Positions 49,342 through 59,035 are shown, counted from the stretch's first letter. The stretch: DNA of 64,000 nucleotides from Nitrospirae bacterium 13_2_20CM_2_62_8 (GCA_001914955.1 MNDM01000034.1:1-64000); one strand, 5' to 3'. Notes: a model not told the origin generated them from the letters alone. Program-made: numbers and translations.

Positions 49342-50309
49342 GAAGTTGCGGGGCGTCGCCGAGCGGCTGAAAAAATCGAGCGGATCTGCGCGATGCCGGG
49401 GATCGGTGGAGCGAGCGGGTTCGGCACTTTCCCCTTCAACAGCATCTTGATACCTAGGGGAACCACCCGTAGCAGACGTCTGAGATTGAACCCCACGATC
49501 TTGAGCGGCATCAGGGCCTCGTTGAGGCGGCCTTCATGCTGCACGATCTCGGCGAATCCGGTGACGTGGCGAGCCCCGCCGCTGGAGGTGAGCCCCGCCT
49601 CCAGCGCCGCGCGGCGCAGGCGGATGATTGCCTCCATCGGCTTGACGTCTTTCGGGCACACCTCGACGCAAAAGTTGCACCGGACGCAGTCCCAGATGCC
49701 GTTCTCTTTTTCCAGCTCAACCAGCCTGGCGAGCTTGGACGCCGCGGCCTCTCGCGGATCGGACAGGAACCGGGCCGCTTTTGCCAAGGCCGCCGGACCC
49801 AGAAACCCTTTGGAGACCTCATGAGATGTGCAGGCTGCGACGCACGCCCCGCACATGATGCAGGCATCGACGTTGTGAAACTGATAGCTGCCCGGCGCCA
49901 GGGTCATTTGGCCGGCTGGTTGTTCGGGCTCCGTCTTGCGAGACGCCAACAGCCAGGGGGTCACCTCCCGGACCTTCCCCCAGAACGAGGACATGTCCGC
50001 CACCAGGTCCTTGATGACCGGCAGATTCTTCAGGGGCGCAACGACGATGCGTCCGTGTCGTTCCAGCTCCTTGCGGACCGAGGTTCGGCAGGCCAGCTTC
50101 TCCGCTCCATTGATCTGCATCGCACAGGAGCCGCAGATGGCGGACCGGCAGGAATAGCGCAGAGCGAGGGCCCCGTCCTGCTCGTTCTTGATGCGGATCA
50201 GGCCATCCAAGACGGTCATGCCGCGACCGACTTCGAGCCGATAGTCCTCCTCATGAGAGTGGAACTCGGTTTCGGGGTTGAATCGCTGGATGGTGAAGGT
50301 CAGGCGCAT
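49338..50309 (-). CDS. Succinate dehydrogenase/fumarate reductase iron-sulfur subunit-like protein (2Fe-2S + two 4Fe/3Fe clusters) with a ~60-aa C-terminal extension; no flavoprotein subunit adjacent
   Basis: CRSAICGSCAM (2Fe-2S), CIMCGACVAAC and CVRCNFCVEVCP (cubane clusters). Its stop overlaps the archease start (ATGA). Confidence 0.8.
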   Translation of the reverse strand: MRLTFTIQRFNPETEFHSHEEDYRLEVGRGMTVLDGLIRIKNEQDGALALRYSCRSAICGSCAMQINGAEKLACRTSVRKELERHGRIVVAPLKNLPVIKDLVADMSSFWGKVREVTPWLLASRKTEPEQPAGQMTLAPGSYQFHNVDACIMCGACVAACTSHEVSKGFLGPAALAKAARFLSDPREAAASKLARLVELEKENGIWDCVRCNFCVEVCPKDVKPMEAIIRLRRAALEAGLTSSGGARHVTGFAEIVQHEGRLNEALMPLKIVGFNLRRLLRVVPLGIKMLLKGKVPNPLAPPIPGIAQIRSIFSAARRRPATS

Positions 50310-50317
50310 GGGAAGAA

Positions 50318-50392
50318 GCTCGTAGCGAATAGCTAGCAGCGAGTAGCTCCGAGCTGTTAGCTATCAGCTATTAGCTGCTCGCTCGTTAGTCT
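50318..50392. repeat. AGCT-rich intergenic palindromic repeat (family member A)
   Basis: gcgaatagctagcagcgagtagctccgagctgttagctatcagctattagctgctcgctcg shares a 16-nt identical core gcgaatagctagcagc with 56024-56039. It fills the pepP-sdhB intergenic gap. Confidence 0.4.
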
Positions 50393-51546
50393 AGTTCAAA
50401 CGTCTTAGGAAACTGAGTAAGATTCCGGCAGCCATCGAGCGTCACCAGCACCATGTCCTCGATGCGAACCGCGCCGAGTCCGGGATAGTACAGCCCGGGC
50501 TCGACGGTCACGATCTGGCCCTCCTGTAAGGGGGTGCCGCTCCGGCTGATGCGCGGCGCTTCATGGATATCCAAGCCAACGCCGTGGCCGGTCCCATGAA
50601 AGTAGCCTTGCATGCGTCCGTTCACGAGCCCGGTCTTATAGCCGGCCGCCTCGAACCGGTCGCAGATGCGCTGATGGATCTTGGCCCCGTCCGCGCCGTC
50701 GCGGACCTTCCCGATGGCCTCCTCCTGCGCGTCTCTCACGGTCTGGTACAGCCGCTTCAGTTCCGGCGAGGCCTTCCCCCGCACAACCGTCCGGGACATG
50801 TCCGCGAAGTACCGCGTCTGGCCTGAACGTGGAAAGACGTCGAAGATGATGCTGCGGTCCGCCGGCAACGGTCCGCTGCCTTCATGGTGAGGATCGCAGG
50901 CCTGCTCGCCGCCGGCCACGATCGTGTGCTGCCCCACGCAGTCCCGCTCCATCAGCTTGACGTTGATCAGCTTCTTGATCCGCTCCGATGTCAGTGGCTC
51001 GCCGTCCAACCAGAGCACCCCCTCGCGCGGAGCAGCCGCGCGGAGCGTCTGATGCGCGGCGGCCACCGCCTCCTCGGTCGCGCGCTGCGTGGCCTCGATG
51101 TACCGGACCTCCTCCTCGGTTTTGACCGCGCGGCGCTCGAAGAAGGGCTCCTGTTTCGTCTCGAGCTGGTAGCCAAGATCGTGCAAGCGCACGGCATGGG
51201 CATAAGGGAAATTGCCGGGCACCAGGAGCCGCCGAACCCCGCGCTCGTGAAGCACCGCGTGGACGACCTCAACCGTTCCGGGGTCCGCCCCTCCCTGCGC
51301 GCGCACCCGCCGTTCAATTTCACTCACAGACAGCACCCGGTCCACAGAGGCCTGGCTGCGCGCCCGATCTATCTCGAGGTCGCTCATCAGCATCAGGCGT
51401 TCCCCCTTGATCTCCAGGAAGATGAAGGGGTCCGGGGCAATGAACCGAGTGGCGTAGTAGAGATTGGCATCGGTTTCACTGGCAGCAATCATGAGTGTCG
51501 CCCGGTCCACAGTCATCTGCTCTCCACTGGCCCGTACGATGAGCAC
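50386..51546 (-). CDS. pepP: Xaa-Pro aminopeptidase / M24 family peptidase
   Basis: M24 metal-ligand motifs DMSRTVVRG, HGTGHGVGLDIHE and GQIVTVEPGLY. Confidence 0.8.
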   Translation of the reverse strand: MLIVRASGEQMTVDRATLMIAASETDANLYYATRFIAPDPFIFLEIKGERLMLMSDLEIDRARSQASVDRVLSVSEIERRVRAQGGADPGTVEVVHAVLHERGVRRLLVPGNFPYAHAVRLHDLGYQLETKQEPFFERRAVKTEEEVRYIEATQRATEEAVAAAHQTLRAAAPREGVLWLDGEPLTSERIKKLINVKLMERDCVGQHTIVAGGEQACDPHHEGSGPLPADRSIIFDVFPRSGQTRYFADMSRTVVRGKASPELKRLYQTVRDAQEEAIGKVRDGADGAKIHQRICDRFEAAGYKTGLVNGRMQGYFHGTGHGVGLDIHEAPRISRSGTPLQEGQIVTVEPGLYYPGLGAVRIEDMVLVTLDGCRNLTQFPKTFELD

Positions 51547-51619
51547 GTAACTGCTTGTCTTTTCAATGTCTTCAGGGACTTGCTCGGTCGTTCGATGCTA
51601 TCACGGGGGGTGGAGAGGG

Positions 51620-54600
51620 TCAAGGCGAGGAGGGAGCAGTCGGTTGAGGGACCTGGTCGACCTGTGGAGGTGGCGCCACGTGGTCCGTCTCCACCGATGA
51701 CGGCGCGTTCTCCTTCACCAGACTGGGCGGTGCCTGGTCCGTCGCCGGCTCCGGAGCCCGCTCGTCGGCGGGGGCGATCAATTCCTTCGGCAGCAGAATC
51801 GTGTTCTTGAGGACGTCGACAGCGAGCTGGGCCAGCCCCGTCAAGCCGGTGGCGAAGGATTTCAGCGGGAGATACGTGACCTTCGGACCCTCGAGCGAGC
51901 CTTTGACTGCAAACAACGCCGTATCAATCCCCTTTCGCTCCCCGGCGAACAACTTCCCGAACAGCGGGATGCTCTTGAGAAGCTGCGAGTACGCCCCGAG
52001 CGGACTCGCCGCATAGATCACATCCAGCTGATCAGTAGTCAGATCATAGCTGCCGGCGCCGGTGATCTTGATGACCGGGCTGTCCACCACCATGTTCTCC
52101 GAAAACAGCACGCCGTCCTTGAGCGAAAAGGTCCCGGCCATCTTGTCGAAGGGCATGCCGTCCCTCGCCAAATCGATTTTACCCTGCAGCAACATCGGGA
52201 GATTCAACAGCATGACAATCTTCGGCACAATCGTTCCCTTTTGAACCCGACCTTGTTTGATGAGCAACTCCACCTTTCCATTGAGCGTGGGCAGGACTCC
52301 TCGGGGATGCCGGCCATGGCCCTGCACGGTGGCGGTGGCCGACAGCTCTCCACTGACCAGATGTTTCTCGCTCATAAGCTGCGAGAGCTTCAAAAACGGC
52401 ACGCCATCAATCCGCACCGAGACTTCAGCCTCAGCGGGTTTCTCTCTCGGCAGCCGCACCACCAGACGCCCGGCCAGGCGCCCCCCGTCGGACTGGCCGT
52501 TCAGGCGGTCCACATCCAGCACGCCGTCTCGGATGTTGACGCGGCAGGAGACCTCGGTAAACGTGAACTGCTGGTACACCCCCCGATCGATGCCCACCGT
52601 GGCAACCAGCCGACTGGTCGAGGCCAGGGTCTCCAGAAAATCCCTCAGGGGGGACCGCCCGCCTTTCGGAATCAGCAGGTCGAAGTCCAGCTTGGATGAC
52701 TCTGCCTTCAACGTGATGGCCGGGGTCTCGTGCCAGTTCCGGATCGATCCGGACAGCCGCAGGTCGTTATCCTTGATGCGGAAGGCCAGCCGCTTGAGAT
52801 CGGCCCCGTTCCGAACCAGTTTGAGACGAACGTAGAGGTCCTTCACGGTATGGCCGAGGTCCTGGGTCGTGATCTGTCCATCTGTAATTGCAACCCAGCC
52901 ATTGATCTGCCAGGTCTTCCAGTCCCTCTGCTTCCCCTTCACATCAAGAGACACCTCAAGCGTCCCGGCCTTGATCCCTCCGGACTCGATCCCCGGGGGC
53001 AGCTTCGCCAAGTCAATGGGTCCAGAGACGAACGTCGCATCGACACCGAACTTTTTCCCCAGACGCATGGATCCTTTCCCGGCCAGGCGCACCGGCGGAA
53101 TCGTCAGCTCGATCCGATCCGCCGAGAGCAGCGAGTCGCGCGAAAGATTCCCTTCGACTTGGAGCGACGCCGGGGTGCCCACAGGCTTTCGCATCACGCC
53201 GGGCACTGTCAACTCCGTGTCCTTGAGTTCCATTACCGCTTTGAATTGTGGCGCGTTCGTGAGCCCGGAGAGCGACACCGTGGCTCCGATCGTTCCCTGC
53301 AGGGCCGTCGAAGAGACGGTCCCTTCGGGCAGCATGCGCACGAGATGGGCAGCCTCCGCCCGCAACTGCACCGTGAGTCCCCGGAACGTGCTCTCCGCGC
53401 CCGCCGTGACGATACCCTGGACCTCGAACTGGCTCTGCCCCATCCGTCCGGCCAGCTTGTCAAACTCCCAGCGTTCAGGGGAGACAAGGACACGACCTTT
53501 CAACCCTACGATCCGCTCGGGCACCAGAGGAGTCCGAAAACTCACATCCCGAGCGACAAACTCCCCGCCGATAAAGCTGAGTCCATCGGGGCTGTCCAAC
53601 GGGCCTGCCATTCGGTAGGTGAGCAGCGCGTCCCCCTGAACCTCTCGCAGATCCGCCAACACGTTGGCGAATCGCTTCAGTCGGACGATCCGGGCCAGTC
53701 TCGCGATCAGGTCGGCCGCCGCCATGTCTCCTGACAGTTCCAAGTCCAACGCAGGCCCCGGCTTCGTCAAGGACACCGCGGCGGTTCCTCCGCTGACCCG
53801 CATCGAGCCGTACCGGCCCGTGAGGTCTGTCACTCTAATACGGTCGGGCTCGACAATGACGGTTCCCGACACATTCTGCGCCGGTATCCGATCACGGCCG
53901 ATGAGCGCATTGCCTCGATGCACGCGGAACTCACCTGTCACTGACACCCGCGGCTCGGGTGTGGTAGTCCCACTCACCGTCGCCGTGATCACTTCAATCG
54001 TTCCCCCGATCTTGCGCTCGGTCACCACCGTGCGCAGTTGGGGGCGGAGCCACTCGGCGGGCAAGCGGTCCAGCAGCTCCCCCAGATCGACCGGCGACGA
54101 TGAGAAGGTCAGCGAGAACGTCGGCTGGGCCGTGATCAACCCGGACAGACTGGCTTGTCCCTTGAGAGACATGCGTTGGACATTGGCCGTCATGTCCGAC
54201 AGCACCATGTCGTACCCGACCACGCCGGGGGCCAAACGCACCCGGCCGAGGAGGTTGGCTGAGCCGGACATCGTTTCCGACACCGGTCGCGGGCCGAAGA
54301 AATCCGCCACCTGTCGAAGGTCCACATTTAACGCCTCAGCGGCCCCTTCGAACTGAACACCCGGAACATTCCCCACCGGGCCGTCCGGAGCCACCTTCAC
54401 CGATCGGTCCGCCTGGGTGACTTTCCCGACGAGCGACAGAGAAGACACTCCCAGCGTCGCCGGGATGGTGGCGGACAGACGCACATCCACGGCGAGTCCC
54501 TTCGACGCCGTCGACATGATCGCGTCCAGTGTCCTCACTTGGAGAGATCGAATCCCGTCCTGTCGGAACTCGTCCACAATGGTGACCTCGCCATTCGTCA

Positions 54601-55060
54601 CGGTCGTCTCCCTGATACGGAGGACCAGCGCCAGGGGGTTGCCTTCCGCTTGTGTCGAGCCCACTTCCCCACCGGCTCCGGAAAGAAAATTCCAGTGTCC
54701 GGCCCGATCGCGTCGAAGTTCCACCTGCGGCTCCTCGACCTTCAAGCGCTTGCCGACCACTTGCAAACGCCACAAGGGGGTCATGCGGAGGACAAGATCC
54801 ATGTGTTTCGCTCTGAAGAAGACCCGGGACGGATCAAGGTCTCGAATGACCACCTGAGAGAGTTCGAGTCGGATCTTGGGGATGATTTCCAGATGGGCTT
54901 GGCCCACCTCGATTTTTCGACCGATCTGCTGTTCCACCTGAGACAGGATGAGTTTCTTGGCATAGTCTGGATCGGAGAGGAACGAAAGGGACGCCATGAC
55001 CATGACGAGGAGAAGGATGGCAAGGAGACTCAGAAGCAGGGTCCGAGGACGAACAGTCAC
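51620..55060 (-). CDS. AsmA-family (AsmA/TamB/YhdP-like) large envelope protein with a Pro-rich C-terminal tail
   Basis: N-terminal TM anchor, an AsmA-like N-domain (LILSQVEQQIGRKIEVGQAHLEIIP), a ~1100-aa beta-rich body, and a terminal APPPQVDQVPQPTAPSSP tail. Confidence 0.7.
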   Translation of the reverse strand: MTVRPRTLLLSLLAILLLVMVMASLSFLSDPDYAKKLILSQVEQQIGRKIEVGQAHLEIIPKIRLELSQVVIRDLDPSRVFFRAKHMDLVLRMTPLWRLQVVGKRLKVEEPQVELRRDRAGHWNFLSGAGGEVGSTQAEGNPLALVLRIRETTVTNGEVTIVDEFRQDGIRSLQVRTLDAIMSTASKGLAVDVRLSATIPATLGVSSLSLVGKVTQADRSVKVAPDGPVGNVPGVQFEGAAEALNVDLRQVADFFGPRPVSETMSGSANLLGRVRLAPGVVGYDMVLSDMTANVQRMSLKGQASLSGLITAQPTFSLTFSSSPVDLGELLDRLPAEWLRPQLRTVVTERKIGGTIEVITATVSGTTTPEPRVSVTGEFRVHRGNALIGRDRIPAQNVSGTVIVEPDRIRVTDLTGRYGSMRVSGGTAAVSLTKPGPALDLELSGDMAAADLIARLARIVRLKRFANVLADLREVQGDALLTYRMAGPLDSPDGLSFIGGEFVARDVSFRTPLVPERIVGLKGRVLVSPERWEFDKLAGRMGQSQFEVQGIVTAGAESTFRGLTVQLRAEAAHLVRMLPEGTVSSTALQGTIGATVSLSGLTNAPQFKAVMELKDTELTVPGVMRKPVGTPASLQVEGNLSRDSLLSADRIELTIPPVRLAGKGSMRLGKKFGVDATFVSGPIDLAKLPPGIESGGIKAGTLEVSLDVKGKQRDWKTWQINGWVAITDGQITTQDLGHTVKDLYVRLKLVRNGADLKRLAFRIKDNDLRLSGSIRNWHETPAITLKAESSKLDFDLLIPKGGRSPLRDFLETLASTSRLVATVGIDRGVYQQFTFTEVSCRVNIRDGVLDVDRLNGQSDGGRLAGRLVVRLPREKPAEAEVSVRIDGVPFLKLSQLMSEKHLVSGELSATATVQGHGRHPRGVLPTLNGKVELLIKQGRVQKGTIVPKIVMLLNLPMLLQGKIDLARDGMPFDKMAGTFSLKDGVLFSENMVVDSPVIKITGAGSYDLTTDQLDVIYAASPLGAYSQLLKSIPLFGKLFAGERKGIDTALFAVKGSLEGPKVTYLPLKSFATGLTGLAQLAVDVLKNTILLPKELIAPADERAPEPATDQAPPSLVKENAPSSVETDHVAPPPQVDQVPQPTAPSSP

Positions 55061-55151
55061 TCCCCCTCCGAACGTGGGGCCAGAAGGAATTCATTGTTAT
55101 CTTAACAGAATCGCAAAAACTAAATCCAATAAGGAACTGGTCAAGGGGCAG

Positions 55152-55320
55152 AGGGTCAGTATCGTGACGTACATCGACCGCGTGAACATCTCCGTGACCG
55201 CCCGCCAGATGATGCCGGCGCTGGGACTCACCGACATGCAAATGGGGCAGGTGTTCTCCGCGTTCGTGCTCGGCTACGCGCTCTTCCAGATTCCGGGGGA
55301 TGGCTGGGCGACCGGCGGAA
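55152..55320 (+). pseudogene. Remnant of an MFS transporter N-terminus (~55 codons), probable relic of a deleted gene
   Basis: The translation VSIVTYIDRVNISVTARQMMPALGLTDMQMGQVFSAFVLGYALFQIPGDGWATGG matches the MFS TM1-loop-TM2 signature (as in glucarate/hexuronate-type permeases). Similarity ends abruptly and no full-length ORF follows. Confidence 0.4.
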
Positions 55321-55493
55321 GCCTCTCCCCCGTGGTGACCCCCTGGCTGGCCGAGCAAGCGGGATGGTCCACCGCACTGGGGGCAGCCGCGCTGGTCGCG
55401 CTGCTCGGCGGTCAGCTCTGGGTCAAAATCAAACCGGGGGACGCGCTACAAGGGAGGGTTGCGGAATCACGATCGGGCTGCTAGATTCATCAA

Positions 55494-56021
55494 ATGTCCT
55501 CGGTCATGAAGTTCGAGAAAAAAAACCCGCGGGCTGTGATCTCGACCAAATACGGCGAGATGGTGGTCAAGTTCTATCCGGATGAAGCCCCCAGGCACGT
55601 AGACAATTTCATCGCGCTGGCCAAGATGGGATTTTACAACGGCACCACCTTTCACCGCGTCGTGCCGGGATTCATGATCCAGGGGGGCGATCCACTGAGC
55701 AAGAACCCGGATCGGGAGTTGCACGGCACCGGGGGACCGGGGTACTGGCTCAACCCGGAACCTAACGACCGTCCGCACAAGCGTGGCGCCCTCTCCACGG
55801 CCAAAATGCCGCGCGAGAGCAATAGCACGCGCGATTTCAACGACAACGGGTCACAATTCTTCATCTGCGTGGGGGATTCGAGCGGCCTGGACCGGCGCTA
55901 CACCGTCTTCGGGGAGGTGATACGAGGGATCGATGTGTCGGACAAGATCGTGGCCGTCCCCCGGGATGCGAACGACAACCCGCTCGAGCCGATCGAAATG
56001 ACGATCACGGTCAAGGAATGA
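55494..56021 (+). CDS. ppiB: Peptidyl-prolyl cis-trans isomerase, cyclophilin type
   Basis: FHRVVPGFMIQGGDP and SQFFICVGDSSGLDRRYTVFGEV are cyclophilin signatures. Confidence 0.85.
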   Translation: MSSVMKFEKKNPRAVISTKYGEMVVKFYPDEAPRHVDNFIALAKMGFYNGTTFHRVVPGFMIQGGDPLSKNPDRELHGTGGPGYWLNPEPNDRPHKRGALSTAKMPRESNSTRDFNDNGSQFFICVGDSSGLDRRYTVFGEVIRGIDVSDKIVAVPRDANDNPLEPIEMTITVKE

Positions 56022-56023
56022 TG

Positions 56024-56108
56024 CGAATAGCTAGCAGCTAAGAGCTAATAGCAAGAGAGTTACAGGCTTCCGATTCCTCGCTGCTCGCTATGAGCTGCTG
56101 GCTGCTCG
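56024..56108. repeat. AGCT-rich intergenic palindromic repeat (family member B) between convergent genes
   Basis: gcgaatagctagcagctaagagc...cctcgctgctcgctatgagctgctggctgctcgctag; the arms atagctagcagc / gctgctcgctat are near-complementary. Confidence 0.4.
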
Positions 56109-57320
56109 CTAGAAAAACGCCATGCTGGCGAACGTCACGGTCGAGTTGAACTGGTCCGTGATCCCCCGATCGTAGCGAAGCACCTCCCCCTTCTCCGCCT
56201 GGATCAGCTTCAACAGGGTATAAATCGGCGAGAAGCCGCAGATCCGTCGTGCGTCCTCTTCCTTCTCGATGAAGCGCGCGAAGCCGACCGCGTCCACATT
56301 CTCCACGTGTTTCAGCATCTCCAGGTCCATCTGCATGCAGCGGTGGAACGAGAAATCAGTCGGCGCCTTGGGATCGCCGTAGCGCATCCCGATATGAGCG
56401 AGGTCGGCGCTGGCCACGACGCAGAAGTTCTTCCCCGAGTCCGCCAGGGCCCGTGTCATCGCGCCGAGGAACGAAGTGACCCGTGCGCCCAGCTCGTGGA
56501 GCTGCGGATCGGTGAGACACGCCGGCGGGAACGCACACAGGACCGGCACGATCGTGAGCTGCTTCGTGCTCCCCAAGGTGTGTTGCAGAAACGGGAGCTG
56601 GAACTCGATCGTGTGCTCGCTCCGATGGCTGACTTCCTCTTCGAAAAACGGAGCTCCCCCGTTCTCCCTGAACCGCTCCAGCACCCCTCGATCGACCGGC
56701 ACACGTCCAAGAGGGGTCTCGAAATCCTTGTCCGTCACCGCAAAAAGATTCTTCAGGCCGGCGTGGCGCGTGCCCAGGACCACAAAGAGGTCCGGCGACT
56801 CTGCCTCCTTCAGCTCCTTATAGGCCCAGGCATAGATCGGTCCGCCTATCCGCACCTCATAGTGGGGCACCACGATCCCTTTGATCTTCTTGCCCCTATT
56901 GACCGACGGCGTTGAGCCCGGCCCTTCGCTGGAGGTGAAGAATCCCTCAAGCTGCAGCTTCAGTTTCTCCGGGTCCTCCTCGTAACTCTTGCCCGCATAC
57001 GCCGCACGGCGGACGGGCGCGTGCCGGTACTCTGCCGCCGCCTGTTGCTTCGCGGATGCCACCCGTTCCCCTTCCAAAAACAGCTTTTCGTCCAGATCGG
57101 CCACCAGTTTCTGCAGGCGATCCGGCAGGAAGAACTCCCCGAACTTCTTCAGGTACTCGGCGCTGAGCTGGTCCAGGGAATGCTCGCCGTCGAAAAACTG
57201 GAGAAGGTAAAAGTAATTCAAGGGGACGATGAGTTTTTCAGCGGTCAGGCCGGTCGGGTCCCAGAGCAGGACGTACTGCTCATCGTGCTCCTTGAGGGGA
57301 GTGAACTGGAGGTTCCGCAA
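56109..57320 (-). CDS. MEMO1-family protein (AmmeMemoRadiSam system protein B) with a ~105-aa N-terminal extension
   Basis: RRAAYAGKSYEEDPEKLKLQLEGFF, VVLGTRHAG, EHTIEFQLPFL, TIVPVLCAF and VVASADLAHIGMRYGD align to conserved MEMO1 blocks. The first ~105 aa are extra. Confidence 0.75.
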   Translation of the reverse strand: MRNLQFTPLKEHDEQYVLLWDPTGLTAEKLIVPLNYFYLLQFFDGEHSLDQLSAEYLKKFGEFFLPDRLQKLVADLDEKLFLEGERVASAKQQAAAEYRHAPVRRAAYAGKSYEEDPEKLKLQLEGFFTSSEGPGSTPSVNRGKKIKGIVVPHYEVRIGGPIYAWAYKELKEAESPDLFVVLGTRHAGLKNLFAVTDKDFETPLGRVPVDRGVLERFRENGGAPFFEEEVSHRSEHTIEFQLPFLQHTLGSTKQLTIVPVLCAFPPACLTDPQLHELGARVTSFLGAMTRALADSGKNFCVVASADLAHIGMRYGDPKAPTDFSFHRCMQMDLEMLKHVENVDAVGFARFIEKEEDARRICGFSPIYTLLKLIQAEKGEVLRYDRGITDQFNSTVTFASMAFF

Positions 57321-58060
57321 GAGCGGAGGTCACGGCGTCGGGCGCCCGAGGCGATCAACGTGGCCACCGTCGCCAGCAGCAGCCACAGCGTCGCCCGGCC
57401 GTACCGGGGATCGGCGAACTCGATCAGATCCGTGAAGCGCCCGATCAGGAGCGACATACGGGCCATCACGGTGTATCCGAAGGCCGCCCCGAAGGCGATC
57501 ATCAGGAACAGGATGCCCGTGCGCGCCGCCACCCTGACCGGTCCTGTATGCTCGATCGAGAAGAAGAAGTAAAACAGGACCGAGACCACTCCGATCAACA
57601 GCACCAGCGCGTTGAGATTGCTGGCAGGATCCAGCAGATTGTAGGTGAAGGTTGGCCCCCCTCCCGATGCGAGCGAGGCCAACGGCCTGACCGTGTCCTC
57701 GACCTGCTTCAGGATGTAGGAGGAGATGATCCGTGGGATGGCCAGGCCGGACCCCACCCCCACGATGAACGCGAACGCGATGCGTGACAGCCAGGCGATC
57801 TTTGGAAAATATCGCGCCAGCATGAGCATCCCGATGCCCAGCGGGACCAACAGCGACCAGTCGCCCTGGTTGACCATGGGTTCATAGAGGAGCCGGACGA
57901 TCACCGTGTCGTAGACCTTCACAATCGTGTACCCGACCGACACACCCACGTAGAGATGCTCCGCCAGTTTGAAGAGCGGGTTGTCCTGGTACAGGAAGGT
58001 GAAGATGAACAGGGTCAGCCCCGTCGCCACCCACGCGCCCAGCAGCGTTTCAAACGGCAT
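57245..58060 (-). CDS. Hypothetical polytopic membrane protein (~7 TM)
   Basis: Hydrophobic segments throughout. The last ~25 codons overlap the MEMO1-family ORF. Confidence 0.45.
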   Translation of the reverse strand: MPFETLLGAWVATGLTLFIFTFLYQDNPLFKLAEHLYVGVSVGYTIVKVYDTVIVRLLYEPMVNQGDWSLLVPLGIGMLMLARYFPKIAWLSRIAFAFIVGVGSGLAIPRIISSYILKQVEDTVRPLASLASGGGPTFTYNLLDPASNLNALVLLIGVVSVLFYFFFSIEHTGPVRVAARTGILFLMIAFGAAFGYTVMARMSLLIGRFTDLIEFADPRYGRATLWLLLATVATLIASGARRRDLRSCGTSSSLPSRSTMSSTSCSGTRPA

Positions 58061-58081
58061 GCGATCTCCTCGATCCCGGCT

Positions 58082-58927
58082 TTACCCTCGCGGCTGGCCG
58101 GACTGCCCGCGCGAGGTCCGTATGAGCAGGTAGAAGACGTTGCAGAGGATCACCAGCATGATAATGGCGACGTGCGTCGCCGATTGCGCGTCCATACCCG
58201 CCACGGCTCGCCCCTTCTGGCCGATGAGCGTTTCATATTCGGCAGCGCCCCGCAGCCCGCCGATCAGGCCATTGATCTGCCCGCTCCGCAGGAGCGGGTA
58301 GAGGCCGGGCGCGATCACGCCGGTGCAGCCGCCCCCCAGCTCGAATTTGTATTTGTCCTTTCCGTACACGTACCAGGATTCGATCCCTGCGGTTCCGGCA
58401 GCCAGACTCACCACGTAATTGACGTCGCGAAGCGTCTGGATGCCCTTCAGGACCGCCAACTCACGTGTGGGCTGGTTGTTGTAGTCACTCGGAAAGGCCT
58501 TGTAGAGGTCCTGGCCCATCGTAATGATGAGCGATCCCACTCCGGGGCTCCAGCCCAGGAACACATAATCCTTGCCGTTCACCTTCCCCATCTCCTGGGC
58601 CGCCTGCGAGACGACCAGATCGGCCAGGCCGGTGCCCGTCACCCAGAGCGTCATCCCGATGACCCTGAGATTTTTCTTGAACGCATGCCGGAGCAGAGCC
58701 ACGGCCTGCGGTTGGAGCTCCGGCTTGGAGGCCGGATCGAAATCCATCGACAGCAGAAAGACCGATCCTTCCGGGAGGGATTCGATGTAATCATGGACGC
58801 CACGCACTTCCGGGGACACCTTGATCGCCAGACCGACCGGATAGAGAAGCGGCAGGAGCGTACAGACCCCGATCACCAGAAAAATGATCCGGCGATCAAT
58901 GTGCAGCATGCGCTCAGCGAATGTCAT
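58082..58927 (-). CDS. Hypothetical bitopic membrane protein (N- and C-terminal TM segments flanking a ~220-aa soluble domain)
   Basis: RIIFLVIGVCTLLPLLYPVGL at the N-terminus and HVAIIMLVILCNVFYLLI at the C-terminus. Confidence 0.45.
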   Translation of the reverse strand: MTFAERMLHIDRRIIFLVIGVCTLLPLLYPVGLAIKVSPEVRGVHDYIESLPEGSVFLLSMDFDPASKPELQPQAVALLRHAFKKNLRVIGMTLWVTGTGLADLVVSQAAQEMGKVNGKDYVFLGWSPGVGSLIITMGQDLYKAFPSDYNNQPTRELAVLKGIQTLRDVNYVVSLAAGTAGIESWYVYGKDKYKFELGGGCTGVIAPGLYPLLRSGQINGLIGGLRGAAEYETLIGQKGRAVAGMDAQSATHVAIIMLVILCNVFYLLIRTSRGQSGQPRG

Positions 58928-58929
58928 AG

Positions 58930-59035
58930 AATCCCGTGAGGAGTGAGGTGTGAGGAGTAAGGTGAATTGACCCGTGCTTCCGTGTCAGCTTCTCGACACC
59001 TCACCCCTAACTCCTTACTCCTCACTCCTTGCCGC
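58930..59035. repeat. GAGG-rich imperfect inverted repeat / large stem-loop within the operon intergenic space
   Basis: gtgaggagtgaggtgtgaggagtaaggtg ... cacctcacccctaactccttactcctcactcc are reverse-complementary with a few mismatches. Confidence 0.35.
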
